A stretch of 64,000 nucleotides of DNA from Leucoraja ocellata (lineage: Eukaryota). Below the pieces are notes generated by a model. The model made no database searches. It saw only the letters and a list, made by a program, of their open reading frames with translations, and had not been told where the DNA came from. The stretch lies in the NCBI GenBank assembly GCA_036785375.1, contig JAWMAR010000076.1:7874001-7938000 (forward strand), written 5' to 3'. Numbering within the stretch: the stretch's first letter is position 1; each line of letters opens with the position of its first letter. Below are positions 51,993 to 64,000 of this stretch, one piece after another. Made by a program: the position numbers and the translations under genes.

Positions 51993-52559
51993 CTTTAAAG
52001 GAGGATATCAATAGGTTATCATTGGAATATAAGGGTTGCTAGAAATTATTTCAAACAGTGGCGCAGTGGTAGAGTGACTGCCTTGCAGCGCCACAGACCC
52101 GTGTTTTATTCTGACTATGAGTGATGGCTGTATGGAGTTTGCACGTTCTCCCTGGGGATGTGTGGGTTCCCTCCAGGTGTTCCGGTTTCCTCATACATCC
52201 CAAGGACGTGCAGGTTTGTAGGTTAATTGGCTTCTATAAATTGTCCCGAGTGCGTAGGTTATAATCAGTGTACGGGTGATCGCTGGTCGGCGTGGAATCG
52301 GCGAGTCGAAGGGTCTGTTTCCATGCTAAAATATATCTGTAAACTAAACTAAACTAAAGTTTGGGACTTACAAAATGTAACTTACCTTACTCAAAGACAG
52401 CATCAGACATTAATTCCTGGGCAAGGAGGCAAATTAAATCAGTACTGGTGAAGAAATGTATCGGAGGGTTTAATGAGCTTAAAAAACAATCAATCCCAAC
52501 AAATGGAGAGTTGTGGAAGTCGCCCAGACTCCTTTTGTTTGTAAGTTTGTAAGTCCGCT

Positions 52560-53095
52560 TGTAAGTAAGAAGTAAAAACACAGCCTGGTGATCAGATTTA
52601 CTGAAGTGTGGTCTAGGAATTGAACAGTATGCATCTGTATGGCTGTGCAGCAGTGTCCAAGGGCCTCTGGTTGGGCAGGAGACTTGCTGATAATATTTTG
52701 AAGTCCCAGACAATTATCTGAACAAATCCTCGGGATACCGTTTCAAGGCTGGGTTAAAGTGTGAAGTTCCTCGTGCAAACTTACCATCATCCTGGGGCGG
52801 GATGTGGACTGCTGTCAGGAGAGCCTAAGTGAATTCCCACAGTAGGGGTAGTAAGGAAAACACTTCACTGTAAGAGATTCCAGTTCTGGGGAGCAGGAGC
52901 TCGCCAGGACAGTCACGTCCAAGCGACCAGGCGGAATTAATTAAAAAGTAACCATCTTTAATCAACTTTTGATCAACTTTAGTTGATCCATCTTTAATCT
53001 TGCCTGAGTAGTGAGAAGCCCTCAGGTTGAATGGCACAATCAGGTGAGGCAGGGGGAGCCATGTCTCGGTAAAACACAGCATACAGTAGTCCCTG
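52560..53095 (-). mobile_element. Rex1/Babar-like LINE endonuclease remnant
   Basis: LCFTETWL; CPTRG..PRPHFSKSDH. Confidence 0.6.
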
Positions 53096-53096
53096 A

Positions 53097-53870
53097 TGAT
53101 ATTTAGGAGATTGAGGGGGGATCTTATAGAAACTTACAAAATTCTTAAGGGGTTGGACAGGCTAGATACAGGAAGATTCTTCCCGATGTTGGGGAATTCC
53201 AGGACAAGGGGTCACAGCTTAAGGATAGAGGGGAAATACTTTAGGACCGAGGTGAGAAAACCAATTTTCATTACCTTTTCATAGTGGTGAATCTCATGGA
53301 ACTCTCTGCCACAGAAGATAGTTGAGGCCAGTTCATTGGCTACATTTAAGAGGGAGTTAGATGTGGCCCTTGTGGCTAAAGGGATCATGGGGTACGGAGA
53401 GAAGGCAGGTACGGGATACTGAGTTGGATGATCAGCCATGATCATATTGAATGGCAGTGCAGGCTCGGGGCCGAATGCCCTACTCCTGCACCTATTTTCT
53501 ATGTTTCTAACTGCCTTCTAGAAGCAGCCGTTCCTGTACATCACTTTAACATCTGGGAGGTTCCCGATGTTGGGGGAGTCCAGAACCAGGGACCACAGTT
53601 TAAGTATAACGGTAGGCCATTTAGAACAGAGATGAGGAAAAACGTTTTCACCCAGAGAGTTGTGAATCTGTGGAATTCTCTGCCTCAGAATGCAGTGGAG
53701 GCCAATCCTCTGGATGCTTTCAAGACAAGAGTTAGATAGAGCTGCTAAAGATAGCGGAGTCATGGGATATGATGAGAAGGCAGGAACGGGGTACTGAATT
53801 TGGATGATCAGCCAAGATTACAGTGAATGGTGGTACTGGTACTCCTGCACCTATTGTCTATTGTCTATTG
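53097..53870 (+). mobile_element. Two CR1 3' fragments
   Basis: RRLRGDLIETYKIL; FTQRVVNLWNSLPQ. Confidence 0.85.
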
Positions 53871-54017
53871 GTTAATATCTATAATGACCCCAAAAATTTT
53901 AACTTCTTTCTGCAACCTCATTTATTCTTGGGCATTCAAGACCATGATACAACCAGTAAGTGTGCTCGCTACTGTGCACCATGGAGTATTCAGCAACATA
54001 CCCCTCACACCTCTGAG

Positions 54018-56508
54018 CAAAGATCCTAGAGGAGCAAGATAGACCACTCCTTCGAAATTCAATGGGCTGGCGTGTAGTATGTGACGGAACGTCACGGCCG
54101 CCATTTTTTAGTGCGACATGCGACTTCCGGTATGCCACCCGCTGTGATCCAAAGCAAAGATTATAGAGCTCCGCTATAATCTTTGATCCAAAGCAAAGAT
54201 CCTCGAGTATCTTGTAACGGGAACAGCCCCCTCCTTTGCGTAGTTTCCCTTGCATTGTATTGCTTTAACACACACTGCACAAAATTAAATTTAACGTATA
54301 CATATTATATATATTTATATGAATGTGTGTCTGTGTGTGAGAGGCAAGTTACAGATAGTTAAGTTTATTCTCATGGATCAGAAGCAACTTTGATTTAAAT
54401 AATCACTATTAATTTATTTGTCTTGTAAGATGATATACATAAACCATAAAGGNNNNNNNNNNNNNNNNNNNNNNNNNNNNNNNNNNNNNNNNNNNNNNNN
54501 NNNNNNNNNNNNNNNNNNNNNNNNNNNNNNNNNNNNNNNNNNNNNNNNNNNNNNNNNNNNNNNNNNNNNNNNNNNNNNNNNNNNNNNNNNNNNNNNNNNN
54601 NNNNNNNCATATGGATACATTTNNNNNNNNNNNNNNNNNNNNNNNNNNNNNNNNNNNNNNNNNNNNNNNNNNNNNNNNNNNNNNNNNNNNNNNNNNNNNN
54701 NNNNNNNNNNNNNNNNNNNNNNNNNNNNNNNNNNNNNNNNNNNNNNNNNNNGTAGAGGAACCAACGAGAGAGCAGGCTATTTTAGACTGGGTATTGAGTA
54801 ATGAGGACGGGTTAGTTAGCAATCTTGTTGTACGTGCCCCCTTGGGCAAGAGTGACCATAATATGGTTGAGTTCTTCATTAGGCAGGCAGTGACTAGTGG
54901 GGTACCGCAAGGCTCAGTACTGGGACCCAAGCTATTTACAATATATATTAATGATCTGGATGAGGGAATTGAAGGCAATATCTCCAAGTTTGCGGATGAC
55001 ACTAAGCTGGGGGGCAGTGTTAGCTGTGAGGAGGATGCTAGGAGACTGCAAGGTGACTTGGATAGGCTGGGTGAGTGGGCTAATGTTTGGCAGATGCAGT
55101 ATAATGTGGATAAATGTGAGGTTATCCATTTTGGTGGCAAAAACAGGAAAGCAGACTATTATCTAAATGGCGGCCGACTAGGAAAAGGGGAGATGCAGCG
55201 AGACCTGGGTGTCATGGTACACCAGGCATTGAAAGTAGGCATGCAGGTGCAGCAGGCAGTGAAGAAAGCGAATGGTATGTTAGCTTTCATAGCGAAAGGA
55301 TTTGAGTATAGGAGCAGGGAGGTTCTACTGCAGTTGTACATGGTCTTGGCGAGACCACACCTGGAGTATTGCGTACAGTTTTGGTCTCCAAATCTGAGGA
55401 AGGACATTATTGCCATAGAGGGAGTGCAGAGAAGGTTCACCAGACTGATTCCTGGGATGTCAGGACTGTCTTATGAAGAAAGACTGGATAGACTTGGTTT
55501 ATACTCTCTAGAATTTAGGAGATTGAGAGGGTATCTTATAGAAACTTACAAAATTCTTAAGGGGTTGGACAGGCTAGATGCAGGAAGATTGCTCCCGATG
55601 TTGGGGAAGTCCAGGACAAGGGGTCACAGCTTAAGGATAAGGGGGAAATCCTTTAAAACCGAGATGAGAAGAACCTTTTTCACATAGAGAGTGGTGAATC
55701 TCTGGAACACTCTGCCGCAGAGGGTAGTCGAGGCCAGTTCATTGGCTATATTTAAGAGAGAGTTAGATGTGGCCCTTGTGGCTAAGGGGATCAGAGGGTA
55801 TGGAGAGAAGGCAGGTACGGGATACTGAGTTGGATGATCAGCCATGATCATATTGAATGGCGTTGCAGGCTCGAAGGGCCGAATGGCCTACTCCTGCACC
55901 TAATTTCTATGTTTCTATGTTTCTATTATTTTCCAACGATCAATAGATTTATGATCAGTTCCTGTGGATTGGAGGATAGCTAATGCTATCCCACTTTTCA
56001 AGAAAGGAGCGAGAGAGAAAACGGGGAATTACAGACCAGTTAGCCTGACTTTAGTGGTGTGAAAGATGCTGGAGTCAATTATTAAAGATGTAATAATGGG
56101 GCAATTGGATAGCAGTAAAAGGATTAGTCCAAGTCAACATGGATTTATGATTTTACAATGCATTTAAGCCTCTCCCATTTTTATGAGATGAATTCCTGGA
56201 ATATGTAAGAAGTTTATTGTAACCTAGTGCTACTTGCCTGAACAATGGATGATATATCACTTAAATGCAATTGTTTTCAGTTGTGTGGAGAGACCTGTAT
56301 ATTGAAAATGCGTTTTGGCTCTAATATGTCAATTTACCTTAAATGTAGAAGAGCTTATTAAAATCTTCTTACAAAGAACATTAAGTATTTTCTATCTATC
56401 CTCTTTTGGACCCAAGGCATAGCAGAGCTGCCAACTCTCACGAAGAGGTAAGGGAGGGAGAGATGGAAGGGAGGGAGAGAGGGAAGGGAGGGAGATCGCG
56501 AAGAAAGG

Positions 56509-56542
<34 letters not shown>

Positions 56543-57492
56543 GAGAGAAGAGAGGGGAGCGAGAGATCGAGAGGAGGGGAGAGAGAGATCGAGAGAAGAG
56601 AGGGAGAAGGGGGGAGAGGGAGAAGGGGGAGGGAGAAGGGGAAAGGGGGGGACAGGGAGAAGGGGGGAGGGAGAAGAGGACAGGGACAAGGGGGAGAGGG
56701 AGAAGGGGGAGAGGGAGAGTGGAACGATAGCACATTATAACGCGCAGCCGTCCCATTCCGACCAAAGATTATAGAGCAGAGCTCCACTAGTATCTTTGAT
56801 TGCGGCCGCCGCCACCGAACCCCCCGACCCACCATTGCACCCAAAGATGATAGAGCAGAGTTATATAATATTTGATTGCACCCTTCTTCACGGCGGGCTT
56901 GTGATCTTTGCTTGTGATGTCTTGTACGTATGTGAGTGTTGTTTGCTACGTCCCTATGTTCGAGGAATATAATGGGTAACAGCCGCCCATTCTCGGACTT
57001 GAATCTGAGCTCGAAAAATCTCCTGGTCACTGGACCTAATGTGTCCGCGGGCCATATTGTGGAGACTAATCCCTTACAAAACAAAACCAAAAACGTACAG
57101 AAGTGTTAAAATTGTCTTTATTATTGTGGTGAGTAAAGAACTATTAAAAATAAGTCTAATAACTTTCTAATGTACCGACAAACCAAGTTTCCCAATGGCC
57201 GTTGATGGGAGAACAGAAAATAACATTTTCACGACAGAATATCGACTGAAAATAATAAAAATATTTTCTCACCTTTCTTTTTTATTGGGGAACCTAAAGA
57301 ATGACAGGTTGGGTCGTTTAGATTTACGATTAGAATACTTGATAGCAGAGCAGTGAGATGAAATTTAGATAAGGACGCCATGACAGTGTGGGGGAAGTCC
57401 AATAAATGCCTCGAAAAATGGCGTCGACGATCACACACGTCATACTACGCGTTTTTCGAGGAGTGGTCTATCTTGCTCCTCTAGGATCTTTG
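54018..57492. mobile_element. Non-autonomous P-like DNA transposon with nested CR1 (about 54752-56150)
   Basis: TIR of about 39 bp CAAAGATCCTAGAGGAGCAAGATAGACCACTCC; perfect 8-bp TSD CCTCTGAG (54010-54017, 57493-57500). Confidence 0.8.
56450..56720. repeat. Polypurine (GA/GGA-rich) low-complexity tract
   Basis: Almost purely A/G on +, includes (GA)n. Confidence 0.9.
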
Positions 57493-57743
57493 CCTCTGAG
57501 GAAGTAGAGGCTTTGATACATTTTCTTTGGGATTGTATCGATGTGGTGGGCCCAGGACAGATCATCAGAGATGAGTATGCTCGGGAACATGAAGCTATGG
57601 CCTCTCTCCTCCTCCATCCTACCGAGGTAGTCAGGTTAATGGACCCTTAACGTTCCCTTCCCAGGCAACAATCAGCTTCTTGAAGCTCATCCATTATTTT
57701 CCAATATGAAAGATGAATAAAACCACCAAAAAATTGTACTCAC

Positions 57744-58088
57744 TGGTTACGTTGAGTTGGGTTCCATTCCCCCTGATATCTCCCCACACTGTGCAGTAAT
57801 AGACGGCAGAGTCATTGAGCATCACGTTTGTGACCGTCAGGATTAAGCTGCTGTTGGAGGCGTCTTTGAACGGCTGGAACCGCTCAGTGTAGCCTGGTCT
57901 CCTTCGTACGCTGCCTCCTGCCTCGTGTGTTAAAACCCACTCCATGTCCTGCCCGGGTAGTTCTCGGTACCAGTGGACGTCAGTGTTTCCCACTTCAGCG
58001 TTCTTCATGGAGCACTGTAACCGTGCCGTGTGACCCTCAGTGACACGCTCCAGCCTCGGGAATTGGATCAGGATCGGAGGATTTGCAA
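57744..58088 (-). CDS. Gene B V exon (positional paralog of A-V2)
   Basis: 345 nt, phase 1-1, open, AG/GTGAGT. 14 nt differences from A-V2 by manual count; upstream intron aligns to about 3390-3502. Confidence 0.9.
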
Positions 58089-58946
58089 CTTGAAAGTGAA
58101 AATGTCATTACATTAGCACTAATGTTGAGTTTGCTAAATACTTTACATTTCAACTTAAAATACATTCATCCTTGGTCATTAGATAACCTCATGTAAAAGT
58201 GAAAAAAAACCTTTGCTTCTGATATTAAACGCCACCCAAGAGGTTTAATAGCCTGATAATCTGGAGCTGGCTTGAAGGGCCGAATGGTTTACTCCTGCAC
58301 CAATTGTCTATGGTCTATTGTCTAAAATGAATAAATCCAGAGGACTCAATGATCTTCATCACAGAGTTGAAAGGAATGGCATAGGAGATAGATATTAGAC
58401 CGTTTTGTCTCCCCTTACCGTGCATCCTTTTGTTTCCTTTTCATCTCTGCCCTCTGCTCACCCATCTGCCAAGAACAACCTCCCTCTTGTGTATCCTCCC
58501 ATCACTTGCCGGGCTTTGTCTCACCCCACTTCTTATCCAGTTTCCTTCCCCCTGCTTCATTCAGTTTGAAGATAATCTGGTTATCACTTTCCAAAGTTCT
58601 AGAGATTTTGGAATTGTTTCCGTACATTGGAGGGGAACAAATGAGGCCTCATTGTTTAAAAGTGGAAGAAAAACTGTTAACTTTGTGAAGTGTGTGCATG
58701 TGCGGGGGCTCGGGCCGTGTGGCCTGCGGAATCAGCGATAATTTCCAGGGGTCTTGAAGATGTGTATTACAGAAATGAGTTGCTTAAAGCTTAAATAAAG
58801 TTTAAGTAAATTACAAGTACTGTAAAGGTTTCATTTGCCTCACAACAATTTAAGCCACTCAATCTCAGAAGTGAAGCAGTGTGACATCGAGATGGAGAAA
58901 CTATTGAAACCACAACGCTTGGATCTGGATCCCAACTCACCTACTG

Positions 58947-61152
58947 ATTGGAGAAAGGCTAACTTTGATGCGTTGCGAGTTGATTTAAAAGGAGTGAACT
59001 GGGACATTTTGTTTTATGGGAAAGATGTAGAAGAGAAATGGAGGACATTTAAAGGGGAAATTTTAAGAGTACAGAATCTTTATGTTCCTGTTCGGTTGAA
59101 AGGAAACAGTAAAAATTGGAAAGAGCCCTGGTTTTCAAGGGAAATTGGACATCTTGTTCGGAAAAAGAGGGAGATCTACAATAATTATAGGCAGCATGAA
59201 GTAAATGAGGTGCTTGAGGAGTATAAGGAATGTAAAAAGAATCTTAAGAAAGAAATTAGAAAAGCTGAAAGAAGATATGAGGTTGCTTTGGCAAGTAAGG
59301 TGAAAGTAAATCCAAAGGGTTTCTACAGCTATATTAATAGCAAAAGGATAACGAGGGATAAAATTGGTCCATTGGAGAGACAGTGGACAGCTATCTGCAG
59401 AGCCAAAAGAGATGGGGGAGATATTGAACAATTTTTTTTCTTCGGTATTCACCAAGGAGAAGGATATTGAATTATGTGAGGTAAGGGAAACTAGTAGAGT
59501 AGCTATGGATACTATGAGGTTCAAAGTAAAAGAAGTACTGACACTTTTAAAAAATATAAAAGTGGATAAGTCTCCAGGTCCTGACAGGATATTCCCTAGG
59601 ACATTGAGGAAGTTAGTGTAGAAATAGCCGGGGCTATGACAGAAATATTTCAAATGTCATTAGAAACGGGAATAGTCCCCGAGGATTGGCGTACTGCGCA
59701 TGTTGTTCCATTGTTTAAAAAGGGTTCTAAGAGTAAACCTAGCAATTATAGACCTGTTAGTTTGACTTCAGTGGTGGGCAAATTAATGGAAAAGATACTT
59801 AGAGATAATATATATAAGCATCTAGATAAACAGGGTCTGATTAGGAACAGTCAACATGGATTTGTGCCTGGAAGGTCATGTTTGACTAATCTTCTTGAAT
59901 TTTTTGAAGAGGTTACTAGGGAAATTGACGAGGGTAAAGCAGTGAATGTTGTCTATATGGACTTTAGTAAGGCCTTTGACAAGGTTCCTCATGGAAGGTT
60001 GGTTAAGAAGGTTCAACTGTTGGGTATAAATGCAGGAATAGCAAGATGGATTCAACAGTAGCTGAATGGGAGAAGCCAGAGGGTAATGGTGGATGGCTGT
60101 TTATCGGGTTGGAGGCAGGTGACTAGTGGGGTGCCTCAGGGATCTGTGTCGGGTCCTTTGTTGTTTGTCATGTACATCAATGATCTGGATGAAGGTGTGG
60201 TAAATTGGATTAGTAAGTATGCAGATGATACCAAGATAGAGGGTGTTGTGGATAATGAAGAGGATTTCCAAAGTCTACAGAGTGATTTAGGCCATTTGGA
60301 AAAATGGGCTGAAAGATGGCAGATGGAGTTTAATGCTGATAAATGTGAGGTGCTACACCTTGGCAGGACAAATCAAAATAGGACGTACATGGTAAATGGT
60401 AGGGAATTGAAGAATACAGTTGAACAGAGGGATCTGGGTATAACCGTGCATAGTTCCTTGAAGGTGGAATCTCATATAGATAGGGTGGTAAAGAAAGCTT
60501 TTGGTATGCTAGCCTTTATAAATCAGAGCATGGAGTATAGAAGCTGGGATGTAATGTTAAAATTGTACAAGGCATTGGTGAGACCAAATCTGGAGTGTGG
60601 TGTACAATTTTGGTCGTCCAATTATAGGAAGGATGTTAACAAAATAGAGAGAGTACAGAGGAGATTTACTAGAATGTTGCCTGGGTTTCAACAACTAAGT
60701 TACAGAGATAGGTTGAATAAGTTAGGTCTTTATTCTCTGGAGTGCAGAAGGTTAAGGGGGGACCTGATAGAGGTCTTTAAAATGATGAGAGGGATAGACA
60801 GAGTTGATGTGGACAAGCTTTTCCCTTTGAGAATAGGGAAGATTCAAACAAGAGGACATGACTTCAGAATTAAGGGACAGAAGTTTAGGGGTAATATGAG
60901 GGGGAACTTCTTTACTCAGAGAGCGGTAGCGGTGTGGAATGAGCTTCCAGTGGAAGTGGTGGAGGCAGGTTCATTGGTATCATTTCAAAATAAATTGGAT
61001 AGGCATATGGATGAGAAGGGAATGGAGGGTTATGGTATGAGTGCAGGCAGGTGGGACTAAGGGGAAAAAACATTTGTTCGGCACGGACTTGTAGGGCCGA
61101 GATGGCCTGTTTCCGTGCTGTAATTGTTATATGGTTATATGTTATATGGTTA
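58947..61152 (+). mobile_element. CR1 LINE (ORF2 3' half)
   Basis: ORFs 59636-60061 and 60086-61060 (YADD); TTATATGG tail; TACTG duplication at both ends. Confidence 0.92.
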
Positions 61153-61907
61153 TACTGCTGCAAAGGAATGGAAGCACTGGCTTCGTACACTAAATAACTT
61201 CTTTGATGAGTGTGGCGACAATGCACCAGACAAATTCAGGACATTAATAAGCTCTGTCTCTTATGATGTATATGATTACATAGAGGAATGGACAACTTAT
61301 GATTCTGCTATTGATGTGCTAAGCAGACTCTTCGTTAAGACACCCAATGTAATATTTGCTCGACACCTCCTTGCTACTCGTAAACAAAAACCTGGTGAGT
61401 CAAGTGATGAATTTTTACAAGAACTTCAAAGACTGTGCCCTCAAGCTACAGCTGATCAATATTGACAGGAACTTATTTGAGACTCTTTTATCAATGGTTT
61501 GGCATGGTTTGACAATTTGAAAACAAAACCTTGGATTTACAGTCAGCTTACAATCAAACTTACTTATTCGACTTGGCTTTGAAAAATTAAGATGCTTATG
61601 GCTCATCTAATGTGTTTCTGCTGCAACTACTACAAAAGAATCTCACCCAAGTACTAATATGGAACAAGCTGAAACAATTTCTACTGATAAAAGTGCCCCT
61701 GCTGCAGCATATACTTATTCAAAAAGGAAGTGTTACTTTTGCGGGGGTAATATTCATAATAGAGAGATATATCCAGCTTGAGAGGCAACTTTTAATAGTT
61801 GTAGCAAGAAGGGACATGATTCTAGGGCATGCAAGTCCAAAGCAACGACTAAAAGTGTGACTGCTGCCATGTATATGCCTTCTTTATGTGCAATTACACC
61901 TGCATTT

Positions 61908-63110
61908 CATAGAAACATAGAAACATAGAAATTAGGTGCAGGAGTAGGCCATTCGGCCCTTCGAGCCTGCACCGCCATTCAATATGATCATGGCTGATCA
62001 TCCAACTCAGTATCCCGTACCTGCCTTCTCTCCATACCCCCTGATCTCCTTAGCCACAAGGGCCACATCTAACTCCCTCTTAAATATAGCCAATGAACTG
62101 GCCTCAACTACCCTCTGTGGCAGAGAGTTCCAGAGATTCACCACTCTCTGCGTGAAAAAAGTTCTTCTCATCTCGGTTTTAAAGAATTTCCCCTTTATCC
62201 TTAAGCTGTGACCCCTTGTCCTGGACTTCCCTAACATCGGGAACAATCTTCCTGCATCTAGCCTGTCCAACCCCTTAAGAATTTTGTAAGTTTCTATAAG
62301 ATCCCCTCTCAATCTTCTAAATTCTAGACAGTATAAACCAAGTCTATCCAGTCTTTCTTCATAAGACAGTCCTGACATCCCAGTAATCAGTCTGGTGAAC
62401 CGTCTCTGCACTCCCTCTATGGCAATAATGTCCTTCCTCAGATTTGGAGACCAAAACTGTATGCAATACTCCAGGTGTGGTCTCACCAAGACCCGGTACA
62501 ACTGCAGTAGAACCTCTCTGCTCCTATACTCAAATCCTTTTGCAATGAAAGCTAACATACCATTCGCTTTCTTCACTGCCTGCTGCACCTGCATGCCTAC
62601 CTTCAATGACTGGTGTACCATGACACCCAGGTCTCGCTGCATCTCCCCCTTTCCCAATCGGCCACCATTTAGATAATAGTCTGCTTTCCTGTTTTTGCCA
62701 CCAAAATGGATAACCTCACATTTATCCACATTATACTGCATCTGTCAAACATTTGCCCACTCACCCAGCCTATCCAAGTCACCCTGCAGTCTCCTAGCAT
62801 CCTCCTCACAGCTAACACTGCCCCCCAGCTTAGTGTCATCCGCAAACTTGGAGATATTGCCTTCAATTCCCTCATCCAGATCATTAATATATATTGTAAA
62901 TAGCTGGGGTCCCAGTACTGAGCCTTGGGGTACCCCACTAGTCACTGCCTGCCATTGTGAAAAGGATCCATTTACTCCTACTCTTTGCTTCCTGTTTGCC
63001 AGCCAGTTCTCTATCCACATCAATACTGAACCCCCAATGCCTTGTGCTTTAAGTTTGTATACTAATCTCTTATGTGGGACCTTGTCGAAAGCCTTCTGGA
63101 AATCCAGATA
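61908..63110 (-). mobile_element. CR1 LINE 3' part
   Basis: ORFs 62745-63113 (FADD) and 62007-62741; (CATAGAAA)n tail. Confidence 0.92.
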
Positions 63111-63414
63111 CACCTCAGAGCTTGTCTCATGCAGCTACAACGGTATCCGTCAATGGACATACATTTAATGTTGTACTTGATTCTGGCAGTTCAGAAAGTT
63201 TTATAAATGAACAACTTGTGTCTTGTCTAAATCTAACTATAATTTCTTCAAATAGAGAAATCTCAATGGCTCTTACAACTCTCAATACACAAATTATTGG
63301 ATCTTGTATTGTAGACTTTATTCTAAACAAAACTAGTTAGAAATCTGTATGTCTTGATATTTTGAAAGATTTGTGTAGCGATATAATTCTAGGTCAGGAT
63401 TTTCAGAAACACGA

Positions 63415-64000
63415 AAATTTAATGACAACACCGAATGGATGTTGAACCATAAAGTGTTTGCTGATATTACAAAGCGGTATGGAACACCTGATATCGATCT
63501 CTTTGCATCCCGACTGAATCACCAGTTACCAACATATGTTGCTTGGGAACCAGACCTTGAGGCAGCAATGATGGACGCTTTTTCGCTGAATTGGGGAAAA
63601 TTGTTTTTCAATGCCTTTCACCCCTTCTGCCTCATCAGTCGGATCCTACGCAAAATACAAATGGACTCAGCTTCAGGTAATTTGGTAGTACCTGACTGGC
63701 CTACACAGCCATGGTTCCCTGTGGTCCTCGACATGGTCACTGAACCACTCATGACCATTTCCAAAAGACCAGATCTGTTGGCCCATCCTGTTACGGGCGA
63801 AAGTCATCCGTGCCATGACAGGATAAATCTGTTGGCTTGCAGAATTTGAAATGGCCTCTGTTGGATCTGGGATTATCGGACAGGACCATGAAGATGATCA
63901 TGGCGGCCTACTGAGAATTGACCAAGAAGCAGTACCTCTCCAGCATTCGGAAGTGGGAAGCGTACTGCTCGAGGACTGGGGTAGCATACAGATCAGCTAC
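63415..64000 (+). mobile_element. DIRS fragment (methylase-like domain and start of YR ORF)
   Basis: DIDLFASRLNHQL..VVPDWPTQPWF; similar to 10910-11450. Confidence 0.8.

Larger units (their letters stand above)
58892..63415 (+). mobile_element. Degenerate LTR-retrotransposon gag-protease, interrupted by two CR1s
   Basis: MEKLLKPQRLDLDPNSPT joins AAKEWKHWLRT across the first CR1; Zn-knuckle remnants about 61730-61835; VLDSGSSESFI protease near 63175. Confidence 0.7.

Noticed and set aside
56358-57090. ORFs rich in Ser/Leu/Pro or Glu/Arg/Gly
   Set aside because: Products of a polypurine low-complexity tract.
1774-58088. A rearranging Ig or TCR locus
   Set aside because: J-like strands are inside the V exons. 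I found no separate D/J segments, complete RSSs or C1 exons, and the V exons splice to a TM exon.

Overview
Vertebrate genomic DNA, very probably from a cartilaginous fish (skate/ray/shark); this rests on HE1/V-SINE-type SINEs and the abundant CR1 subfamilies, so the taxon is an inference. Three N-gaps: 625-752, 54453-54607, 54623-54751. The ORF track mostly shows retroelement debris, but manual splicing recovers two paralogous, convergent (tail-to-tail) immunoglobulin-superfamily receptor genes. Gene A is on + (1774-28801); gene B is on - (58088-43483, 5' end not seen). Each has tandem germline-joined V-J-like exons resembling antigen-receptor V domains, an uncharged transmembrane exon, a YENI exon, and an ITAM (YMDL-x7-YGHL/I) split by an intron after Y+1. 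In gene A, V3 and V4 are destroyed by LINE insertions while V1, V2, TM and tail stay open. Most of the remainder is nested transposons: DIRS containing an L1 fragment and a full-length CsRn1-like Gypsy, many CR1s, a Hero-like LINE, two Tc1 relics, hAT-like and Academ-like MITEs, Penelope hairpins with minimal hammerhead cores, and a P-like element carrying three 31-36 bp TIR-stub footprints.
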